DNA of 64,000 nt, taken from positions 1,166-65,165 of the forward strand of contig JBBQAO010000008.1 in NCBI GenBank assembly GCA_038316355.1, in the 5' to 3' direction. The position numbers were made by a program, and so were the translations under genes. A model generated the notes under the pieces. The model worked only from the letters and a program-made list of their open reading frames with translations, was not told the DNA's origin and did not search any database. The stretch comes from Burkholderiales bacterium (lineage in GTDB: Bacteria > Pseudomonadota > Gammaproteobacteria > Burkholderiales > SG8-41). Below, piece by piece: positions 57,376-64,000 of this stretch; positions within the stretch are counted from its first letter, which is position 1; the number at the start of each line of letters is the position of its first letter.

Positions 57376-60300
57376 TCACGCACTGCGTTCACGCAGGAAT
57401 TCACCGAGAATGCGCGCGGTATGCGAACGCGCGGATTTTTTGCCGATCTGCGCCGCCGGCCCTTCGGCAACGATACGACCGCCGCCGTCGCCGCCTTCGG
57501 GTCCGAGGTCAATGATCCAGTCGGCTTCGGCCATGACGTCGAGGTTGTGCTCGATCACCACCACTGAATTGCCGGCGTCGACCAGCCGGTGCAGCACATG
57601 GATCAGTTTCTCGACATCGGCCATGTGCAGGCCGACGGTCGGTTCGTCGAGCACATACAGAGTGTTTTTCTGTGCGCCGGAAAAACCGGGCAGACCACCG
57701 CCCGCCCTCCTCCCTGACCCTGCTCCCAGGGGGAGAAGGGAAACATCTGCCTCCCCTCTCCCTTGGGGAGAGGGGGCGGTGGTGAGGGATTGACGCACCT
57801 TGGCCAGTTCGGTGACCAGCTTGATGCGCTGTGCTTCGCCACCCGAGAGTGTCGGACTCTGCTGGCCCAGCGTCAGGTAACCGAGGCCGACGTCCTGCAG
57901 CAGACGCAGCGTGTGATGGATCGCGGGATGCGCGGCGAAAAACCCGACGGCATCATCGATGCTCAGTGCCAGCACATCGCCGATGGATTTTTCTTTGAAG
58001 CGCACCGCCAGGGTTTCAGTATCAAAGCGTGCGCCGCCGCAGACATCGCAGAGCACCTTCACGTCGGGCAGGAAACTCATTTCGATTTTCTGCACGCCCT
58101 GGCCTTCGCAGGCTTCGCAGCGGCCGCCCTTGGTGTTGAATGAGAAGCGGCTCGCGGTGTAACCGCGCATGCGCGCTTCCGGCGTTTCTGCATACAGGCG
58201 ACGGATGGTGTCCCAGAAGCCGACATAGGTGGCAGGGCATGAACGCGGCGTTTTGCCGATGGGCGTCTGGTCGACCTCCAGCACACGACCGACAGCTTCC
58301 CAGCCTGTAATAGAAATACAACCTATTGTTTTTATTGATGAATTTGACTTGTTATTGACCAGGCGTGCGAGATTGGCATGCAACACATCACGCGCCAGCG
58401 TCGATTTGCCCGAGCCAGACACGCCCGTGATCACCGTCAATCGACCCAGCGGTACGCGTGCGGTGACGCGCTGCAGGTTATGCAACTGTGCTTCGCGCAC
58501 AAACAGCGACGGTGTGTTGCTGTCGACGCGCCGCGGCGGATGCAGCGGATGTTGCAAGGGTTTCGCCAGCAGGCGTCCGGTCACCGATTGCGGATTACGC
58601 CGCAGTTCGGCGGCAGTGCCTGCGGCCACGACATGGCCGCCAAGGCGCCCCGCACCGGGGCCGAGATCAATCACGTGGTCAGCGCGACGGATGGTGTCTT
58701 CATCGTGTTCGACGACAATCAGGGTATTACCTTTTGCCTGCAGTTTTGCCAGCGTGTCGAGCAAAATGCGATTGTCGCGCGGATGCAGACCGATGGTTGG
58801 TTCATCGAGTATGTAGGCGACGCCGCGCAAGTTCGATCCGAGTTGCGCCGCGAGCCGGATGCGCTGTGCTTCGCCACCGGACAAGGTCGGGGCTGCGCGG
58901 TCGAGTGCCAGATAACCCAGTCCGACTTCATCGAGAAAACTCAGCCGGCCGCGGATCTCCGTGACGATGTCGCGCGCAATCGCCGCTTCACGGCCGCTGA
59001 ACGACACATCGGTGAATTCACGCGCGAGTTTCGCCACCGGCAGCGCGGCCAGCGCGGCAATCGAACGTTTGCGGTAGCGCACTGCCAGCGCGATTGGATT
59101 CAAGCGTTTGCCGTCGCAGGTCGGGCAGGGTTCGTCGACTTCCAGCCAGTTCAACCAGGAATCCAGCACATGTTCCTCGGTGCCGGTTTTTTCGCGTTCT
59201 TCATCCCAGTCAATTTTTTCCAGCGTCAGCCCGGTACCGAAACAGGACGGACACCAGCCGTGTTTGGAGTTGTACGAAAACAGCCGCGGATCGAGTTCGG
59301 GAAAACTCTTGTTGCAGGACGGGCAGGCGCGTTTTACCGAAAACACGGTTTCAGTCAGTTTGATGCGGCGCGCATCCTTTTTCGCCATTGCGTCGGCCAG
59401 TGTGTCGAGACCACCCAGCACCTGCACGATGCCTTTGCCGTGTTCGAGTGCAGCGGCCAGGCCGGCGCGCAATGCGGCTTCATTTTCCGGCGTGACGCGG
59501 ATATCGGCGACCGGCAGCTCGATGCTGTGTTCCTTGAATCGTGCCAGTCGCGGCCACGGCGAGGTCGGGATGAATTCGCCGTCCACTCGCAGGTGGGTGT
59601 GGCCCTTGCCTGCGGCCCATTTCGCGAGGTCGGTGTAGTAGCCCTTGCGGTTGACCACCAGCGGCGCCAGCAGGCCGATGCGGTCGTTACGGTACTGCGT
59701 CATGATGCGCGCAGTGATCTGGTCGATGCTCTGCGGCTCGATTGCGACATCGCAGTCCGGACAGTACTGGGTGCCGAGCTTGACGTAGAGCAGGCGCAGG
59801 AAATGGTAAATCTCGGTGAGTGTGGCCACCGTGCTGCGTCGTCCGCCGCGGCTGGTGCGCTGTTCGATGGCGACGGTCGGCGGAATGCCGTAAATCGCAT
59901 CGACGTCGGGGCGCGCCGCCGCCTGTACAAACTGGCGCGCGTAAGCGTTCAGCGATTCAAGATATCGTCGTTGTCCTTCGGCGAACACGATGTCGAAGGC
60001 CAACGTCGATTTGCCGCTGCCCGATACTCCGGTGACCACCGTGAATTTGCCGCGCGGGATATCGACACTGATGTTTTTCAGGTTGTGTTCACGGGCGTGG
60101 CTGACGCTGATGTTGTTGCCGTTGCGCGATGGCGTCGCGGGCAGCGGTTGCGGCACGACCGGCGCGCCCAGCGCAGCGGCGTAGTCACGCAGTGCCTTGC
60201 CGGTATGGGATGACGTATGTGCGGTCACGGTATCCGGCGTCCCCGTGCACATCAGTTCACCACCCGCATCGCCACCTTCGGGGCCGAGGTCGATGATCCA

Positions 60301-63102
60301 GTCTGCGGCGCGGATCACTTCGAGGTTGTGCTCAATGACAATCAGCGAATGCCCGGCGGCGATCAACTTGCGGAATGCACCCAGCAGTTTGCGCACATCG
60401 TCGAAATGCAGCCCGGTGGTTGGTTCATCAAACAGGAACAGCGTGCCTTTTTTCCCTACAGCATTGCGTCCGGCCTGCGCCGCTTCAGCAAGGAAGCCGG
60501 CGAGTTTCAAACGTTGTGCTTCGCCGCCCGAAAGGGTTGGTACCGGCTGGCCCAGCTTCAGGTAGTCGAGGCCGACATCGGTCAGCGGCTGCAGCACGCG
60601 CGCAATGTCCGGTGCGTGGTTGAAAAAATCCAGTGCGTCGGCGACGGTCAGCTCGAGTACATCGGCAATCGATTTGCCGTCGACGGTGATTTCCAGCACC
60701 TCGGCGCGGTAACGCCGGCCGTCGCAGTCCGGGCAGCGCAGATAGACGTCGGACAGGAACTGCATCTCCACGTGTTCGAAACCATTCCCGCTGCAGGTCG
60801 GGCAGCGTCCGGTGCCAGAATTAAAGCTGAAGGTGCCTGCGGTGTAGCCGCGCGACTGCGCCAGTGGCGCCGACGAGAAGCGGCTGCGGATGGCATCAAA
60901 GGCGCCGACGTAACTGGCCGGATTCGAGCGCGTGGTGCGGCCGATCGACGACTGGTCGACCATCACCACATCGCCGACGTGATCCGCGCCATAGAGCCCG
61001 TTGTGTTTACCCGGCGCTTCGGTCGGTTTGCCCAGCGCCTTGCGCAGCGCGGCGTACAACACATCCTGCACCAGTGTTGATTTGCCCGAGCCCGAGACAC
61101 CGGTGATGCAGGTCAGCCGCCCCAGCGGGAAATCGACATCAACGTTTTTCAGATTGTGTTCGGTTACGCCGCGCAGCCGCAATTGCGGTGTGTTTTTGGT
61201 CGGCGTGCGGGCTGCCTCTGCACCCGCAGTACGCAATTCACCCGACAGATAACGGCCGGTGATTGAATCCTTGGTCGCCATGATCCGCGCCGGAGTGTCG
61301 AAGCCGACAATTTCGCCGCCGCGCGAGCCGGGGCCCGGGCCGATGTCGAGGATGCGGTCTGCCGCGAGCATCACCTGCGGATCGTGCTCCACCACCACCA
61401 GCGAATTGCCGGCGTTGCGCAGCTTGTGCATGACGCCGATGACGCGGCCCATGTCGCGCGGATGCAGGCCGATCGACGGCTCATCCAGCACAAATAGCGT
61501 GTTGACCAGCGAGGTGCCCAGAGCTGTCGTCAGGTTGATCCGTTGCACTTCGCCGCCGGACAGGGTGCGCGACTGGCGGTCCAGCGTCAGATAGCCGAGT
61601 CCGACCTGGTTCAGATATTCAAGCCGGGTACGGATTTCACCGACCAGCATGTCGGTGGCTTCATCCAGCGCTGCCGGCAGTTTCAAGTCAGCGAAAAACA
61701 TTTTGGTGCGCTCCAGCGGCAGCAGCACCACGTCGTGCAATGTCAGGCCGGGCAGGGCAGTGAGTACTTCATCCGTGTAATTCACGCCCAGCGGTTTGTA
61801 GCGGGTGCGCTTATTTTTCCCGTCTTCCAGTGCGTGGCGGGCATTTTCTGCTGACCCGACCCGCCACAGCAGTGCATCGGTTTTCAACCGTGCGCCGCCG
61901 CAGGCCGTGCACTCGGTATAAGCGCGGTACTTCGACAGCAGCACGCGCACATGCATTTTGTACGACTTGGTTTCCAGCCATTTGAAAAAACGTCCGACGC
62001 CGTACCACACGCCGGGCCAGGATTTTTTCCAGCTCACCCATTCCGGTTCGCCGTCGAGCACCCAGCGTTTTTCCTTTGCCGACATTTCCCGCCACGGTGT
62101 GTCAACCGGGATGCCGCGCAGGCGCGCGTATTTCATCAGGTCGTCCTGGCATTCCTTGTTCGACGGCGTCTGCCAAGGGCGCACCGCGCCGTCGCGCAGT
62201 GATTTGGCTTCATCCGGAATCACCAGCCCGAAGTCGAGGCCGATGACCCGGCCGAAACCGCGGCAGGTATCGCAGGCGCCCAGCGGAGAGTTGAACGAAA
62301 ACAGGCTGGGGTTCGGCTCGGCGTAAGAGATGTCGCATTCGGCACAGTGCAGATTTGACGAATACCGCCATACCGTGCCACTGCTGGCACCAGCGTTGTC
62401 TGTCGACAGCACATGTATGTTGACGCGACCCTGTCCGACTTTCAGTGCGGCTTCCAGCGCCTCAACCACGCGCGCGCGCTCCGCAGTGCCGGCGCGCAAC
62501 CGGTCCTGCACCACTTCGAAATGATCTTTGCTTTCATCCAGGAAGCGTGTGTAACCCTGCGCGGTGAGCAGCGCCTTGACTTCGTCGGCTTTGAAATTCG
62601 CCGGCACCGGCACCGGGAAGGCGATTGCCAGCCGCGGATCGCCGGCATCTTTGGCGCGTGCCGTCATCGCATCAAATATCGTCTGCGGCGTATCGCGCAC
62701 CACCTGCGCGCCGCAATTCCTGCAATGCAGATGCGCAGCGCGGGCAAACAACAGCTTCAGGTGATCGTTCAGTTCCGTCATCGTGCCCACGGTTGAGCGC
62801 GATGTGCGCACCGGATTGACCTGATCGATGGCAATGGCGGGCGGAATGCCCTCAATGCTGTCGACCTGTGGCCGGTCCTGGCGGTCGAGGAACTGGCGCG
62901 CGTACGGCGAAAAAGTCTCGACATAACGGCGCTGGCCCTCGGCGTACAGCGTATCGAATACCAGCGAGGATTTACCGCTGCCCGATACGCCGGTGACGAC
63001 GATCAGTTCATTGAGCGGAATGTCCAGGGACAGGTTTTTCAGGTTGTTCTGGCGCGCGCCGCGGATGACGATGCGGTCGCTGCCAAGTTCGGGCGTATTC
63101 AT
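57376..63102 (-). CDS. uvrA: tandemly duplicated UvrA-like excinuclease ATPase (two complete UvrA units, four ABC modules, 1908 aa)
   Basis: Four Walker A motifs (GVSGSGKS at about aa 38, 668, 1025 and in the last module). Four signatures: [44 protein letters not shown]. Zn-finger Cys pairs occur in both halves. The halves are joined by a Pro-rich linker ([20 protein letters not shown], about aa 975-995) and are clearly divergent from each other. Confidence 0.9.
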   Translation of the reverse strand: MNTPELGSDRIVIRGARQNNLKNLSLDIPLNELIVVTGVSGSGKSSLVFDTLYAEGQRRYVETFSPYARQFLDRQDRPQVDSIEGIPPAIAIDQVNPVRTSRSTVGTMTELNDHLKLLFARAAHLHCRNCGAQVVRDTPQTIFDAMTARAKDAGDPRLAIAFPVPVPANFKADEVKALLTAQGYTRFLDESKDHFEVVQDRLRAGTAERARVVEALEAALKVGQGRVNIHVLSTDNAGASSGTVWRYSSNLHCAECDISYAEPNPSLFSFNSPLGACDTCRGFGRVIGLDFGLVIPDEAKSLRDGAVRPWQTPSNKECQDDLMKYARLRGIPVDTPWREMSAKEKRWVLDGEPEWVSWKKSWPGVWYGVGRFFKWLETKSYKMHVRVLLSKYRAYTECTACGGARLKTDALLWRVGSAENARHALEDGKNKRTRYKPLGVNYTDEVLTALPGLTLHDVVLLPLERTKMFFADLKLPAALDEATDMLVGEIRTRLEYLNQVGLGYLTLDRQSRTLSGGEVQRINLTTALGTSLVNTLFVLDEPSIGLHPRDMGRVIGVMHKLRNAGNSLVVVEHDPQVMLAADRILDIGPGPGSRGGEIVGFDTPARIMATKDSITGRYLSGELRTAGAEAARTPTKNTPQLRLRGVTEHNLKNVDVDFPLGRLTCITGVSGSGKSTLVQDVLYAALRKALGKPTEAPGKHNGLYGADHVGDVVMVDQSSIGRTTRSNPASYVGAFDAIRSRFSSAPLAQSRGYTAGTFSFNSGTGRCPTCSGNGFEHVEMQFLSDVYLRCPDCDGRRYRAEVLEITVDGKSIADVLELTVADALDFFNHAPDIARVLQPLTDVGLDYLKLGQPVPTLSGGEAQRLKLAGFLAEAAQAGRNAVGKKGTLFLFDEPTTGLHFDDVRKLLGAFRKLIAAGHSLIVIEHNLEVIRAADWIIDLGPEGGDAGGELMCTGTPDTVTAHTSSHTGKALRDYAAALGAPVVPQPLPATPSRNGNNISVSHAREHNLKNISVDIPRGKFTVVTGVSGSGKSTLAFDIVFAEGQRRYLESLNAYARQFVQAAARPDVDAIYGIPPTVAIEQRTSRGGRRSTVATLTEIYHFLRLLYVKLGTQYCPDCDVAIEPQSIDQITARIMTQYRNDRIGLLAPLVVNRKGYYTDLAKWAAGKGHTHLRVDGEFIPTSPWPRLARFKEHSIELPVADIRVTPENEAALRAGLAAALEHGKGIVQVLGGLDTLADAMAKKDARRIKLTETVFSVKRACPSCNKSFPELDPRLFSYNSKHGWCPSCFGTGLTLEKIDWDEEREKTGTEEHVLDSWLNWLEVDEPCPTCDGKRLNPIALAVRYRKRSIAALAALPVAKLAREFTDVSFSGREAAIARDIVTEIRGRLSFLDEVGLGYLALDRAAPTLSGGEAQRIRLAAQLGSNLRGVAYILDEPTIGLHPRDNRILLDTLAKLQAKGNTLIVVEHDEDTIRRADHVIDLGPGAGRLGGHVVAAGTAAELRRNPQSVTGRLLAKPLQHPLHPPRRVDSNTPSLFVREAQLHNLQRVTARVPLGRLTVITGVSGSGKSTLARDVLHANLARLVNNKSNSSIKTIGCISITGWEAVGRVLEVDQTPIGKTPRSCPATYVGFWDTIRRLYAETPEARMRGYTASRFSFNTKGGRCEACEGQGVQKIEMSFLPDVKVLCDVCGGARFDTETLAVRFKEKSIGDVLALSIDDAVGFFAAHPAIHHTLRLLQDVGLGYLTLGQQSPTLSGGEAQRIKLVTELAKVRQSLTTAPSPQGRGEADVSLLPLGAGSGRRAGGGLPGFSGAQKNTLYVLDEPTVGLHMADVEKLIHVLHRLVDAGNSVVVIEHNLDVMAEADWIIDLGPEGGDGGGRIVAEGPAAQIGKKSARSHTARILGEFLRERSA
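57694..57783. repeat. 90-nt palindromic CCCTC/GAGGG-type repeat unit inserted in frame in uvrA
   Basis: Outer 10-bp inverted repeat ACCACCGCCC (57694-57703) / GGGCGGTGGT (57774-57783). Inner hairpins CTCCC-AGG-GGGAG and CCCTCTCCC-TTG-GGGAGAGGG. Encodes [30 protein letters not shown] between the fourth LSGGE signature and its Walker B. Confidence 0.75.
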
Positions 63103-63232
63103 GCGCGGGGAAGGGGCATCCAGAAGTTGTGGCGGGCGACGCGATTGCGGGCGATGCCCCGATTACGCCCGCAAAAAATCGAATTGCGATTGTAGCGGTT
63201 TTACCTGCGACTGAGACCGCCGGTGACCGTGC

Positions 63233-64000
63233 TCACGTGAGCTTCATTCCGGGATCCACGCTGAAGTCGAGCCCGGCGCCCGGACGTCGTACCAGCGTAC
63301 CGCGCTGTCCGAGCAGTATTGCGGCAGCGTCATCCAGCTGGCCGATGCCGGAATAGCTGCCGCCGGATTCGACGAAGCGGCATGCCGCCTCGACTTTGGG
63401 TTTCATCGTGTTCGCAGCGAAGTCCAATCCCCGCAATTCTTCCACCGTGGTGTCGCGGATCATATTTGCATCCTTCCCGTGCCAGTTGCGGTAGACCGCA
63501 TCGACATTGGTCAGCAACAGCAGGGCATCAGCGCCGATCTGGTGTGCAAGAAGCGCGGCAGAGAGGTCTTTGTCGATGACCGCCTCGACCCCGCTCACCA
63601 CGCCCTCCGCGGATACCGTGACCGGAATGCCGCCACCCCCCGCGCAGATCACCAGCACCCCCGCCTTGAACAACAGTCGGATCGCCGGCAGCTCCAGGAT
63701 GCGTAACGGTTCGGGGGAAGGCACCACGCGCCGCCATTTGGCGCCTTCAGCAGCAATTTTCCAGTCGTGGGCATCGGCGAGGCGCTCGGCATCCTGTTGC
63801 TCCAGCGGCGGGCCGATCATCTTGGCAGGATGGCGGAACGTGGCATCAAGGCGGTTGACTTCAACCTGCGTCAACAGCGTGACAATATGGCGCTTCGGCA
63901 GCAGGCTGCGCAGCTCGCGCTCGATCTGATAGCCGATCATGCCCTCGGTACCAGCCCCGAGCACGTCCAGCGGATAGGGTTCGATTCCCGCGTAGGCGTC
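63233..64000 (-). CDS. arcC: carbamate kinase (N-terminus beyond the right edge)
   Basis: Frame is open to position 64000. ICAGGGGIPV, EAVIDKDLSAALLA, LLLLTNVDAVY are typical of carbamate kinase. Confidence 0.88.
   Translation of the reverse strand, partial: DAYAGIEPYPLDVLGAGTEGMIGYQIERELRSLLPKRHIVTLLTQVEVNRLDATFRHPAKMIGPPLEQQDAERLADAHDWKIAAEGAKWRRVVPSPEPLRILELPAIRLLFKAGVLVICAGGGGIPVTVSAEGVVSGVEAVIDKDLSAALLAHQIGADALLLLTNVDAVYRNWHGKDANMIRDTTVEELRGLDFAANTMKPKVEAACRFVESGGSYSGIGQLDDAAAILLGQRGTLVRRPGAGLDFSVDPGMKLT

Noticed and set aside
58378-60213. 611-aa plus-strand ORF, plus several others at 57763-63214, opposite uvrA
   Set aside because: These are shadow ORFs of the 1908-aa UvrA frame, which carries four complete sets of ABC motifs. 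The antisense translations are Arg/Ala/Gly-rich.

Overview
GC-rich chromosomal segment with betaproteobacterial gene order (glyQ-glyS-gmhB-plsC, miaB-phoH-ybeY-corC-lnt, rpe-gph-trpEGDC, rplM-rpsI, argC-bactofilin-erpA). It is densely packed with housekeeping genes. I found no CRISPR array, integrase, transposase, prophage remnant or recognisable defence system, so I cannot point to a clear-cut new multi-gene system. The best candidate is a four-gene cyclic-nucleotide cassette at 21961-28309: a class II cNMP phosphodiesterase, an HD-GYP protein with QD in place of HD, a GGDEF-EAL protein degenerate in both motifs, and a CyaB1-type GAF-GAF-PAS adenylate cyclase. The other observations are small-scale and were read directly from the sequence. 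(1) A 1908-aa tandemly duplicated UvrA carries an exactly in-frame 90-nt palindromic repeat inside its fourth ABC module. (2) A family of MITE-like palindromic intergenic elements has three copies that share the same termini; one copy contains a G-quadruplex-type heptamer array. (3) A 14-nt tandem repeat at the ECF sigma / anti-sigma junction creates a chain of ATGA-coupled five-codon mini-ORFs. (4) A 20-codon poly-lysine micro-ORF has a perfect Shine-Dalgarno (SD), a triple stop and a terminator, and is mirrored on the opposite strand by a 40-codon hydrophobic ORF that also has a perfect SD. (5) A Trp-rich candidate leader peptide lies upstream of trpE. The first gene, a TPR-GT41 glycosyltransferase on the minus strand at 1-2422, is missing from the supplied ORF track because it runs off the window; I translated it by hand. 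All product calls rest on motif recognition by eye, with no database search. Many start codons are my own choice among the alternatives.
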